Part shown: in pieces, positions 1 through 9,835 of the stretch | How the letters are laid out: each line of letters opens with the position of its first letter | Position numbering within the stretch: the first letter of the stretch is position 1 | Origin: a virus | Taxonomy: Duplodnaviria; Caudoviricetes | Direction: 5' to 3' (one strand) | DNA length: 34,070 bases | Virus record (IMG/VR): IMGVR_UViG_3300033514_000463 | Span: 1 to 34,070 of that record | Made by a program: the position numbers and the translations under genes | The notes under the pieces: model-generated | Told to the model about the DNA's origin: nothing | Databases searched by the model: none | The model's input: the letters and a program-made list of their open reading frames with translations, nothing else

Positions 1-78
1 GTTTCTGAAAAATGTTTCTGGTTTCTGAAAAATGTTTCTGAAAAATGTTTTTGTTTCTGAAAAACGTTTTTGTTTTTG
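1..78. repeat. Tandem GTTTCTGAAAAA(T/C) repeats (4 copies) upstream of the AAA ATPase
   Basis: Read directly from the sequence; the array may extend left of the window. Confidence 0.8.
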
Positions 79-108
79 TTTTTGTTGATGTTTATGAGAG
101 GTAAAAAG

Positions 109-1683
109 ATGTTGAAAGAAGTAAAAAGTGAAATGCAGTTGATGTTGTCAGCAAGATTCCCACTGTTATGGATAGTATCGCCAGAGGAAGAAACTGCGGA
201 AGAAGCGCTATGTGAGGTGGCGATCGCACGAAAAGCTCAAATCTATTTCTGGGATTTTGCCCGTGGGTTCAGTGATTCTGGTTCGGCTAAAGGTAATCCG
301 ATGCAAGCCCTGGACAGAGTTGTTAAAGCATCACCTGAAGTACCAGCAATTTTTGTGATGAAGGATTTAGCGACTTTGATAATGCCCAGTACACAAAATG
401 GACAGATAACACCAGGTCAACTACCGATCGTTCGTGAGATAAAAAATTTAGCAAGGGAGATGGCACGCGATCGCAGAACGTTGATAATTTTGTCGGATAA
501 TCTGCGTGTTCCACGGGAGTTGCGGGAGGAAACGACCATTATAGATTTCTCGTTTCCATGCATGGAGGAAATTTTTGAACTGGTTTATCGGCTCGTCCCA
601 GGTGAGAAAATTCTTCTAACTGTTGAGGAGAAAGAACAACTAACCAAAGCCTGTCAGGGTTTGACTCGTTGCCGGATAGCGCGCGTTCTCTCAAAATGTT
701 TAGCAAGGTCGGGAAAAATAGAAAAAAATGCGATCGAATCGATCATCGAGGAAAAACGCCAGACTATCCGTGAAACCGGGATTCTCGAATTTATCCCTCA
801 TCAGGCAGGCTTAGAAGCGATCGGTGGTTTGGAAAATCTAAAAGCTTGGGTGAAGGTGCGATCGCACTCTTTCTCAGACAAAGCCCGCAAGTATGGTCTA
901 CCCAGTCCCAAAGGTCTACTACTTGCCGGGATTCAAGGTACAGGCAAAAGTTTATCAGCTAAAACTATTGCTGCTGAATGGAAATTACCTTTACTTCGCC
1001 TGGACGTGGGACGGTTGTTTGGTGGCATTGTCGGTGAATCAGAATCACGAACCAGGCAAGTCATTCAATTAGCGGAGGCGATCGCACCATGCGTTTTATT
1101 CATAGACGAAGTAGACAAAGCGTTCGCAAGTATTACCATTGGCGGTGACGGTGACTCTGGCACATCTCAGAGAGTATTTGGAACTTTGCTTACTTGGATG
1201 CAAGAAAAGACTGCCCCGGTGTTCGTTGTGTTGACGGCTAATCGGACAGAAGTTTTGCCCGCTGAATTGATCCGCAAAGGTCGCATAGATGAACTATTTT
1301 TCGTTGGATTACCTAGTCAAACTGAACGTGAACAAATCTTTAAAGTTCATTTGAAAAGATTGCGAGGTAGTTCAGAACTTCCCAGTTTTGATATTGAGGA
1401 ATTTGCGATCGATACCAAAAATTTCTCTGGTGCTGAAATCGAACAAGTGATTTATGAAGCAATGCATACAGGATTTAGTTACGATCGAGAATTTACGAAT
1501 GACGATATTTTTTCCGCCATTCACGAATGCGTCCCATTAGCGCAAATTGCTCAACCACAGATTGAAGCGTTGAAAGCTTGGGCGGTGCGATCGGGTGCTC
1601 GGTCAGCTAGTCTTGAATATTCAGAAATTCATCAACCACGGATGAAAATGTTGGAAATTGATCATAATGAGGGAGTAAAATAA
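109..1683 (+). CDS. ycf46: Ycf46-family AAA+ ATPase
   Basis: Walker A GIQGTGKS, Walker B LFIDEVDK, SRH LPAELIRKGRIDE, degenerate N-terminal AAA domain. ATG 109 follows GAGAGG. DUF2997 and DUF1257 genes lie nearby. Confidence 0.88.
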   Translation: MLKEVKSEMQLMLSARFPLLWIVSPEEETAEEALCEVAIARKAQIYFWDFARGFSDSGSAKGNPMQALDRVVKASPEVPAIFVMKDLATLIMPSTQNGQITPGQLPIVREIKNLAREMARDRRTLIILSDNLRVPRELREETTIIDFSFPCMEEIFELVYRLVPGEKILLTVEEKEQLTKACQGLTRCRIARVLSKCLARSGKIEKNAIESIIEEKRQTIRETGILEFIPHQAGLEAIGGLENLKAWVKVRSHSFSDKARKYGLPSPKGLLLAGIQGTGKSLSAKTIAAEWKLPLLRLDVGRLFGGIVGESESRTRQVIQLAEAIAPCVLFIDEVDKAFASITIGGDGDSGTSQRVFGTLLTWMQEKTAPVFVVLTANRTEVLPAELIRKGRIDELFFVGLPSQTEREQIFKVHLKRLRGSSELPSFDIEEFAIDTKNFSGAEIEQVIYEAMHTGFSYDREFTNDDIFSAIHECVPLAQIAQPQIEALKAWAVRSGARSASLEYSEIHQPRMKMLEIDHNEGVK

Positions 1684-1687
1684 AACC

Positions 1688-1981
1688 ATGACTAATTCTA
1701 ATTTCATTCATCCATTGTTTTCGTTAGAGACAATTGATACTGCTGAAGGCAAAAAGAAAGTTATGAACTCTTGGGCTTTTGCTTCAATGATTTGGTCAGG
1801 AGTTCTTAGTAAAAAGTTGCCAGCATTATGCATCGCTCAAGAATTGTTTAGCTCTTCTGAAGAAAATCGTCTTGATCAACTGATCATTCGTTCTCAAAAA
1901 GGTGATGCAACTGCAACTAGAGAGGCGATCGCATTTATGGCTTTCGCGATTGATGAAAAACTAACAGAGGCATTTGACTAA
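1688..1981 (+). CDS. Hypothetical protein
   Basis: 97-aa ORF 4 nt after ycf46, with GGGAG upstream. Confidence 0.7.
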   Translation: MTNSNFIHPLFSLETIDTAEGKKKVMNSWAFASMIWSGVLSKKLPALCIAQELFSSSEENRLDQLIIRSQKGDATATREAIAFMAFAIDEKLTEAFD

Positions 1982-1983
1982 AA

Positions 1984-2109
1984 ATGACACCAAATGCTGT
2001 TAGCGGAAAGAAAGTTAACCGTAAAATCGCCATCATTGGTTTTGGACTTGAAGACAAATTGCAAAAGTTTTTGCACTTAGAAGAAAAAAATCACACCATC
2101 CTTACTTAG
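1984..2109 (+). CDS. Small hypothetical protein (41 aa, MTPNAVSGKK...)
   Basis: Not in the ORF track; fills the gap between neighbours, GAGG upstream. Confidence 0.4.
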   Translation: MTPNAVSGKKVNRKIAIIGFGLEDKLQKFLHLEEKNHTILT

Positions 2110-2124
2110 AGAAGAGAGAAAATA

Positions 2125-2427
2125 ATGACATCAGAATCTTTGAAGTTAAAAGCATTAACACCATCAGAATCTTTGAAGTTAATGCAAAAAGCATCGAATG
2201 AATTTTACACTTCTAGTGCAAAAACTCAATGTCATGCTTTCATCGAATTTACTGGATTGATGAATGAATACATCAAAATTTGTGAGGATTTTCAAATGGC
2301 AAACCCTAATGAGGATTTTCGATCGCTCAATGCCCACAGTGGTAAATCCCTAAAATTACAGCCTTTTGAGAGACTTTATATCAAGGAAAAACTGAATTGT
2401 ATCTATCAGGAGGAGATTATCGGTTAA
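2125..2427 (+). CDS. Hypothetical protein
   Basis: 100-aa ORF with purine-rich RBS; N-terminal SESLKL duplication. Confidence 0.7.
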   Translation: MTSESLKLKALTPSESLKLMQKASNEFYTSSAKTQCHAFIEFTGLMNEYIKICEDFQMANPNEDFRSLNAHSGKSLKLQPFERLYIKEKLNCIYQEEIIG

Positions 2428-2490
2428 TAGACTACCACTCAATGCATCAATGTATTACTCGTATCAGCAAACAAAGAGAAGGGGAGAATT

Positions 2491-2721
2491 ATGCAATACT
2501 ACAAACTTGAAATAACCATCAAACCAGACGGGTCGATCGTAGAAAAAGTAATCAACGGCTCAGGTTCTGATTGTACGAAACTGACAGAAGAGTTGAATCA
2601 GGCGATCGGTAACATAGAAACTCAGGAACTTCTCCCAGAATATTTCTCTGAATCCGATGTTTTGTCTGATGTTCTGAATTACTCAAACTTTAGTGGAGGA
2701 AATGACAATGCCATTATGTGA
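2491..2721 (+). CDS. DUF2997-family protein
   Basis: ITIKPDGSIVEKV..GSGSDC.KLT..L...IG...ELLPEYF pattern; usual partner of ycf46/DUF1257; GGGGAG RBS. Confidence 0.75.
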   Translation: MQYYKLEITIKPDGSIVEKVINGSGSDCTKLTEELNQAIGNIETQELLPEYFSESDVLSDVLNYSNFSGGNDNAIM

Positions 2722-3040
2722 TTTTGAACCTTCGCAAGGCTCAGGACTCAATATTGTTTGGCAACAGTCCCAATACAATAACTTTCAAGATTGTTCAACA
2801 CTTGGAGAAATTCTTGAGAGATATCATCAAATGGTTTTGGCAGAACATTTAGCTGGTTCTAAATCAGAACCTGAATATTTCTTAGAATTTGTAGAGGAGG
2901 CAAAAATTTTGATTCAAACTTGGGCTGACTCAGATAATAATGAGGATCTGTTCTTACAAAAAGCAGAATTATTGTCAGATAACATCTTTGCAATCGCAGA
3001 AATTGTTGTTTCTGGTAATTATTTTGCACTTAGTTTTTGA
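2702..3040 (+). CDS. Hypothetical acidic protein
   Basis: GGAGG upstream of ATG 2702/2708; overlaps the end of DUF2997. Confidence 0.7.
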   Translation: MTMPLCDFEPSQGSGLNIVWQQSQYNNFQDCSTLGEILERYHQMVLAEHLAGSKSEPEYFLEFVEEAKILIQTWADSDNNEDLFLQKAELLSDNIFAIAEIVVSGNYFALSF

Positions 3041-3059
3041 TTAATCACAGGAGAGAAAA

Positions 3060-3458
3060 ATGAGCCATTTAACACGAATTAAAACGACTATCAAAAATCC
3101 TGAGATTCTTGAGAAAGTTTTAAAATCCATGATTGAGTCAAGACTGGATGGAATTTTGACCAATTCAAGACTTGAAGAAAACACAACAATCATTGACTAT
3201 TTTGGGAAACAAAAAACAGCACATTTTGTGATTCGCAGAAGCAAGTACAACGACTTTGGTTTCGTTCTTAACACTAATGGTGAGTACGAATTTATTTCTG
3301 ACAATGATGCAAAAGGTAGAAAGCAATTTTTGGCTCAACTTTTGCCGTGGTACGCAAGAGAAAATACGATCGCCTCTTTGATTTCTCAGGGATTTGATAT
3401 AGAATCTCAGATTGAAGAAGATGGCACAGTAAAGATTGTTGCTGGAAAATGGTCGTGA
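3060..3458 (+). CDS. DUF1257 (Ycf35-like) protein
   Basis: MSHLTRIKT start, DFGF..N..GEYEFISD, QGF.I...EEDGTVKIV..W end; context with ycf46. Confidence 0.8.
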   Translation: MSHLTRIKTTIKNPEILEKVLKSMIESRLDGILTNSRLEENTTIIDYFGKQKTAHFVIRRSKYNDFGFVLNTNGEYEFISDNDAKGRKQFLAQLLPWYARENTIASLISQGFDIESQIEEDGTVKIVAGKWS

Positions 3459-3536
3459 TTTAGTTGAATTTAAGCGAAGCTTTTGTGGTTTCGCTTAAAG
3501 TTTCTGGATGTTTTCTGGAGATTTTCTGGAGGTAAT

Positions 3537-3872
3537 GTGAAACTAAATCAGACTAAACAATGCAAAACTTGTCCTTGGAAAGTGTCAACAACAGTTGCTG
3601 ATATTCCTAATTACATTCGCGATAAACATGAAAATCTTATCACCACGATCGCTGATTCAACTGGCAATCTTTCAAAAATTGGACAGTCCGTCAAAATAAT
3701 GGCTTGTCACAAGAGTTCAGATGGCAAAGAATACGAATGTATTGGTTGGCTTCATAATCAGTTAGGCAAAGGCAATAACATTCCTTTGCGGATGCAGATG
3801 ATGTACTCAAATGTTAAAAACATTGTCCTTGATGGCGAACAAGTTGCTAGTTTTGACGAAACTTTTAGGTAA
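3537..3872 (+). CDS. Cys/His-rich hypothetical protein (DUF6283-like)
   Basis: CKTCPWK...MACH...CIGWL motifs; GTG 3537 after GGAGG. Confidence 0.6.
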   Translation: MKLNQTKQCKTCPWKVSTTVADIPNYIRDKHENLITTIADSTGNLSKIGQSVKIMACHKSSDGKEYECIGWLHNQLGKGNNIPLRMQMMYSNVKNIVLDGEQVASFDETFR

Positions 3873-3978
3873 ATTTTAGATAATGACAAACGCAAATGAA
3901 GACTAAACATACACCTGACTCCAGTATCAGTGAACACGGAAGTTTAATGACGGAAGTTTAATGCGGTGTCGAAACGTT

Positions 3979-4000
3979 GCTCTCGCTTTAAGCTGTTGAT
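3979..4000 (+). promoter_or_regulatory. Element-specific upstream motif (GCTCTCGCTT-N8-TGAT)
   Basis: Variant copy of the 12-copy motif, 56 nt before ATG 4035. Confidence 0.5.
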
Positions 4001-4034
4001 TTTATTCAATTAACCACTTCAACAGGACTTTTCA

Positions 4035-4679
4035 ATGTACAAATCTGACGACAAAATTGGACAACTGAAACTTTCGATCGCACTTAATCTTGTTCCTAAT
4101 CTGCCACCAATTCCATGCAAGGATTATCGACTAATTGTCGTGGACCCTCCGTGGTCTTATTCCTTGAGAGAAACTGATGCCACTCACCGGGGAAGATGCC
4201 CTTATCCAAGCATGAGTGATGAACAGATTCTGAATTTGCCAATTGGTGCGATCGCACATCAAAACTCATATCTTTTGCTTTGGGTCACCAATAATCATTT
4301 ACCACTTGGGTTTCGGTGTCTGGAACGTTGGGGATTTACATACAAATCCATCTTTACATGGGTAAAAACAACCAAGGCTAGCACAGAGGAAAAACCGATC
4401 GCCAACATGGGGATTGGTCACTATGGGCGGAATTGTACCGAACATTTTCTCATAGCTACCAGGGGAAATCCAGGAAGTTTTACAAGTCACGGCCTGACGG
4501 ATATTCGTAACATAATCTTTGCCCCTCGATCGAAACACTCCGAAAAACCACCGGAATTTTGGACGATCGCTGATCGACTTGCCGAGCATTTAGATGGTCC
4601 GAGAATTGAGCTATTTGCTCGCTCCTCTGGTTTGTTCAAACGTGAAGGTTGGGACAGTTGGGGTGCTGAAACTGACTAA
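4035..4679 (+). CDS. MT-A70 family N6-adenine methyltransferase
   Basis: DPPW catalytic motif, LLLWVTN, WGF.YK..FTWVK, HSEKP, IELFAR, GWDSWG. Confidence 0.9.
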   Translation: MYKSDDKIGQLKLSIALNLVPNLPPIPCKDYRLIVVDPPWSYSLRETDATHRGRCPYPSMSDEQILNLPIGAIAHQNSYLLLWVTNNHLPLGFRCLERWGFTYKSIFTWVKTTKASTEEKPIANMGIGHYGRNCTEHFLIATRGNPGSFTSHGLTDIRNIIFAPRSKHSEKPPEFWTIADRLAEHLDGPRIELFARSSGLFKREGWDSWGAETD

Positions 4680-4721
4680 CAATCCCATGCAAGATAGTGC
4701 GAATAGCTTTATTTATGTAGA

Positions 4722-4743
4722 GCTTTCGCTTTTAGGTATTGAT
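4722..4743 (+). promoter_or_regulatory. Element-specific upstream motif (GCTTTCGCTT-N8-TGAT)
   Basis: 38 nt before ATG 4760. Confidence 0.65.
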
Positions 4744-4759
4744 GTCTTGAGGATTTTTT

Positions 4760-4924
4760 ATGGTTATCAAATTTGATGATTACGAAGATTTAATCGTGTT
4801 TGTAATCCAGTTTGTGGAAGTCTGCCCAGATTCTACTTATACAGAGCTTGATAATGCTCTGTATATTAATGAGGAACCCTGTGTGGAGAAAACAGATGAA
4901 GAAGATTCCGACATCCCCTACTAG
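4760..4924 (+). CDS. Small acidic hypothetical protein (54 aa, MVIKFDDYEDL...)
   Basis: Not in the ORF track; GAGG RBS and conserved upstream motif at canonical distance. Confidence 0.6.
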   Translation: MVIKFDDYEDLIVFVIQFVEVCPDSTYTELDNALYINEEPCVEKTDEEDSDIPY

Positions 4925-4930
4925 CAATAA

Positions 4931-4960
4931 ATAGCGTATTTGCTGGGTCGCTCCCAGCTT
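4931..4960. promoter_or_regulatory. Conserved hairpin/pseudoknot leader element, copy 1
   Basis: ATAGCGTATTT-GCTGGG-TCGCT-CCCAGC just before ATG 4968. Confidence 0.65.
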
Positions 4961-4967
4961 TTTTATC

Positions 4968-5318
4968 ATGTTCTACGTTTTGATTAATTCCAAAGGCATC
5001 GACATTCGAGAATCCAAAAAAATGCTGACTCTCAAAGAAATGCAAAACTTAGTAGGCATTGAAGGTGAGCCAGCTTACATCGAAGTTGCTTCTTATCAAA
5101 GTTTTTCTGATAAGTCGATCACGATGATTTGTGATGAAGAGTTCTTGATGAAAGAATGTCAACCAACTTGCAAGACGATCGAAGGTACTGTAATTCACGG
5201 TCAAGTTTTGATTGTAGGAACTAATGCCAAAAAAGATGATTTTGATTTGTTAACTGGGGAGCAGGTTTTAATTGTGAGACGTGAAGTCCTATTAGCACGT
5301 CTTCTAAGGCCTCGCTAA
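4968..5318 (+). CDS. Hypothetical protein (DUF3846-like)
   Basis: LKEMQNLVG...IE...ICDEE...IHG.VLIVG...L pattern. Confidence 0.6.
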   Translation: MFYVLINSKGIDIRESKKMLTLKEMQNLVGIEGEPAYIEVASYQSFSDKSITMICDEEFLMKECQPTCKTIEGTVIHGQVLIVGTNAKKDDFDLLTGEQVLIVRREVLLARLLRPR

Positions 5319-5323
5319 CAAAT

Positions 5324-5352
5324 TAGTGAATTGCCGGGTCACTCCCGGCTTT
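5324..5352. promoter_or_regulatory. Conserved hairpin/pseudoknot leader element, copy 2
   Basis: TAGTGAATT-GCCGGG-TCACT-CCCGGC before ATG 5358. Confidence 0.65.
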
Positions 5353-5357
5353 CTTTC

Positions 5358-5591
5358 ATGCAACACTACAAAACTGTTTATTTGCACCGTATTATTGCTG
5401 AACAGGCGATCGGACGCAAACTACAACCAGGCGAAGTTGTTCACCATCTGGATGAAGATAAAACCAATAATTCACCCGAAAACTTGGTCATTTGTTCATC
5501 TTTCGTTCATCGACAATATCATCGTAAATCTCTGCGACAGAAACTTGAATCCGTTAACCCTCTGATTCAAGTCGATGATTTGTGGTTCTGA
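5358..5591 (+). CDS. Small HNH endonuclease-domain protein
   Basis: HRIIAEQ.IGRKL..GEVVHHLDEDKTNNSPENL...HRQYH. Confidence 0.8.
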   Translation: MQHYKTVYLHRIIAEQAIGRKLQPGEVVHHLDEDKTNNSPENLVICSSFVHRQYHRKSLRQKLESVNPLIQVDDLWF

Positions 5592-5614
5592 TTCATCTAA
5601 ATACTCAGATTTTG

Positions 5615-5642
5615 ATAGCGTATTACCGGGTCGCTCCCGGTT
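5615..5642. promoter_or_regulatory. Conserved hairpin/pseudoknot leader element, copy 3
   Basis: ATAGCGTATT-ACCGGG-TCGCT-CCCGGT before ATG 5649. Confidence 0.65.
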
Positions 5643-5648
5643 AAAACA

Positions 5649-5882
5649 ATGTTTCAAATCAAGTTTGCGATTTGTATGGCAAATTATGCGATCGGTGCTG
5701 CTACCGAAAGCTTTGAATTGAGTTGGTTAGGTCAAACTGATTGGGTTGATGAATTTGATGACGCAAAATTCTTCAACGATGAACTTGAAGCCCAAGCCTG
5801 GTTGAAAGCTGAGGAAGTTCACGGCATCGATCCTCGTTCACTTTCAATTATCAAAGTTTTGTGGAGTGATTTTAGCGATTAA
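5649..5882 (+). CDS. Hypothetical protein
   Basis: 77-aa acidic ORF downstream of the conserved leader element. Confidence 0.65.
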   Translation: MFQIKFAICMANYAIGAATESFELSWLGQTDWVDEFDDAKFFNDELEAQAWLKAEEVHGIDPRSLSIIKVLWSDFSD

Positions 5883-5884
5883 GT

Positions 5885-5906
5885 GCTTTCGCTTTTGGGA
5901 TTTGAA
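5885..5906 (+). promoter_or_regulatory. Element-specific upstream motif (GCTTTCGCTT-N8-TGAA)
   Basis: 46 nt before ATG 5931. Confidence 0.65.
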
Positions 5907-5930
5907 TTTTTTGTTTAGAGGACTAGAGAC

Positions 5931-6149
5931 ATGAAACTTACGATCGAACAAATCAAATCAATTCTCGCTGGTGCTGAAGAAACTTTGATTCTGTTACAAA
6001 ATCAGCCAGAGTATCAAGCGATCGAGGCTAACAATGATTTCACGACTGAGAATGACTTAGTTTTGGCAGACGCGATTCAAGCTTTGTCTGAAATTTATAA
6101 GGCGATTATTGAGTCAGAATGTGATTTTCCTGACTTAAATCCCGAGTAA
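5931..6149 (+). CDS. Hypothetical acidic protein
   Basis: 72 aa, GAGG RBS. Confidence 0.7.
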   Translation: MKLTIEQIKSILAGAEETLILLQNQPEYQAIEANNDFTTENDLVLADAIQALSEIYKAIIESECDFPDLNPE

Positions 6150-6161
6150 CTAGGTAAATAA

Positions 6162-6190
6162 ATAGTGAATTGCCGGGTCACTCCCGGCTT
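6162..6190. promoter_or_regulatory. Conserved hairpin/pseudoknot leader element, copy 4
   Basis: ATAGTGAATT-GCCGGG-TCACT-CCCGGC before ATG 6196. Confidence 0.65.
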
Positions 6191-6195
6191 CAAAC

Positions 6196-6567
6196 ATGAA
6201 ATACAAAACTGTTGATTGGAATCCACCAACTACTGAACAATTGCCCGTTAATTGGTCAGCAAAAAAGTTGGGTTCGGATGGTGGGGCGTACAAAAGTAGA
6301 AATGGTTTAGCTGTAATCATCTCCTGTTGTGTTGAGGAAGACGGCAGAAATTGGATTCATCTATCGGTATCCAAGAAAAACTCTCTCCCCACTTGGGGAG
6401 ATTTGGTTAATGTGAAAGAGGTTTTTCTTGGAAAAGATGCCTTGGCCATTCAGGTTTTACCATCTCGATCGGAATGGGTAAATATTCACCCATACTGTTT
6501 GCACTTGTATCAATGTTTAGAGGACGATCGACCCATTCCAGACTTTCGTAAACTAGGCACAATATGA
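6196..6567 (+). CDS. Conserved phage-type hypothetical protein
   Basis: WIHLSVS...PTW.DL..VK..F...AIQVLP..SEWVNIHPYCLHL, a pattern I recognise from phage proteins of unknown function. Confidence 0.75.
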   Translation: MKYKTVDWNPPTTEQLPVNWSAKKLGSDGGAYKSRNGLAVIISCCVEEDGRNWIHLSVSKKNSLPTWGDLVNVKEVFLGKDALAIQVLPSRSEWVNIHPYCLHLYQCLEDDRPIPDFRKLGTI

Positions 6568-6740
6568 AAACTAATCCCAACGATTTACTGTGTAGTTGCT
6601 CAGTTCAGGACACGCCATGCAAAACTTGTCCGTTTGTATGCGATCGCTCTGAAACTCCTGAAAATCCTGAAACTGTCTGTGTAATGACATTGGGTGAGTT
6701 TTGGTATTTGTATGCTAAAATAGTCTCATCCATTTATTGA
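6564..6740 (+). CDS. Small Cys-rich hypothetical protein (58 aa)
   Basis: ATGA overlap with the previous stop; CSC...CKTCPFVC. Confidence 0.4.
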   Translation: MKTNPNDLLCSCSVQDTPCKTCPFVCDRSETPENPETVCVMTLGEFWYLYAKIVSSIY

Positions 6741-6750
6741 ATCACCATTC

Positions 6751-7257
6751 ATGCTGACAGCCGTTTTAGCCGTTAAGTTAATTCGTCAAATCCTGGTAGA
6801 TTATAACTCTTGGCCCGAATCTGAATCTGATTTACCTATGAAGGTTTATCGATCGAAAACTTTTGACGACAAAGCCATCCTTGCTCGTGACGCAAGAATG
6901 CGACGGGTTCAGGAAAAAGTAGCCAATCCTACTGCGACTGGTTACAAACCCCCAGAACGTCGTATCGAAACTAAATCTCTCACCGAAGGTTTGCGCCCTT
7001 TGATAATCCTTGCGGGGAATGAATGTGAAGCAGCATTTCAATTGGTGAAGGATAACACCGCTAGCGTAACCACATTAGAATCACCCATTGAAGTGGTTGA
7101 ATGTTTGGTTCAACTTTTTAGTGCATTTAGTGAGTTGACCAACGCTAAAATGTCCTACGTCATTGATGCTACTGATCCTTATACAGGATTGTTTATCAGC
7201 GGTACCACCGCTGATGGCGAATTTATTGTCGCTCAAACTTTGTTAGTTCAAACCTGA
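6751..7257 (+). CDS. Protein with NuiA (nuclease A inhibitor)-like C-terminal domain
   Basis: C-terminus LFISGTTADGEFIVAQTLLVQT resembles NuiA YVIGETPAGNLAGISTKVVET (from memory); extended -10 TGCTAAAAT at 6713-6721. Confidence 0.55.
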   Translation: MLTAVLAVKLIRQILVDYNSWPESESDLPMKVYRSKTFDDKAILARDARMRRVQEKVANPTATGYKPPERRIETKSLTEGLRPLIILAGNECEAAFQLVKDNTASVTTLESPIEVVECLVQLFSAFSELTNAKMSYVIDATDPYTGLFISGTTADGEFIVAQTLLVQT

Positions 7258-7262
7258 TGACT

Positions 7263-7310
7263 TTCCCAGTAACAAGAAACTCTTAAACTCTTGTTACTGG
7301 GAATTTTTTT
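7263..7310 (+). terminator. Intrinsic terminator
   Basis: TTCCCAGTAACAAGA / TCTTGTTACTGGGAA stem plus T7. Confidence 0.8.
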
Positions 7311-7363
7311 GTTTCTTGTTTCTTGTGTTATTTAAGGACTTGTTATTTAAGGAGTGAGAAAAA

Positions 7364-9325
<1,962 letters not shown>

Positions 9326-9345
9326 TTCTCAAAGTTATTTGAACC

Positions 9346-9389
9346 AAAATAATGGTTGGTGAATCTTTCGACTCATCAACCATTATTTT
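9346..9389. terminator. Bidirectional terminator between convergent genes
   Basis: AAAATAATGGTTGGTGA / TCATCAACCATTATTTT. Confidence 0.7.
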
Positions 9390-9436
9390 TACACTTCGAC
9401 TTCAGTTCCTGTTTGATGCTTTAAGGAATATAAAAA

Positions 9437-9709
9437 TTAGGGTTCAGAATCTTCAGAATCTTCAGAATCTTCAGAATCTCCAGAATTTTCAGCGATTGTT
9501 GCTTCCAAAGCTTCGGAAATCTCAGTCAGTGAAGCCAAGAAAGAATCAGTTTCTGCATCTTCAATACCTTCAGCTTCTATTGAAGCCGCGTATTCAGAAG
9601 ATACGGCAGATAAACGAGTCTTCAAGTCTACGATCGTATTCTTTTGAGCTGTGATAAGGGCGGTTGCGGATGCAATCGTTGCTTGGATTGGTTCTAAATT
9701 AGCTTGCAT
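9437..9709 (-). CDS. Acidic coiled-coil hypothetical protein
   Basis: 90 aa; SED repeats arise from a 9-bp tandem repeat; TATAAT upstream on the minus strand. Confidence 0.65.
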   Translation of the reverse strand: MQANLEPIQATIASATALITAQKNTIVDLKTRLSAVSSEYAASIEAEGIEDAETDSFLASLTEISEALEATIAENSGDSEDSEDSEDSEP

Positions 9710-9835
9710 TTACTTTAATTGAAACTACACTAATATTATATATTAAATACTCAATATTTGACAAAGATTCTATCAAATGTTGTTCGCTAGTCATATTTAT
9801 GCTAAGATTAGTTATCTTTTAATTATAGCAAAAAT

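Noticed and set aside
3892-3980. Hammerhead-like layout (ATGAAGAC...GTCGAAAC) with an ACGGAAGTTTAATG duplication
   Set aside because: Lacks the CUGANGA core and a cleavage-site stem; not supportable.
4594-4776. 60-aa track ORF overlapping the MT-A70 end
   Set aside because: Runs through the conserved upstream motif; the 4760-4924 ORF has the better RBS and spacing.
9352-9654. + strand 100-aa ORF
   Set aside because: Starts inside a terminator hairpin and is antisense to the more plausible 9437-9709 gene.
9758-9763. TTGACA as the -35 of the ligase promoter
   Set aside because: No -10 at 16-18 nt spacing; the extended -10 at 9800 is too distant to pair with it.
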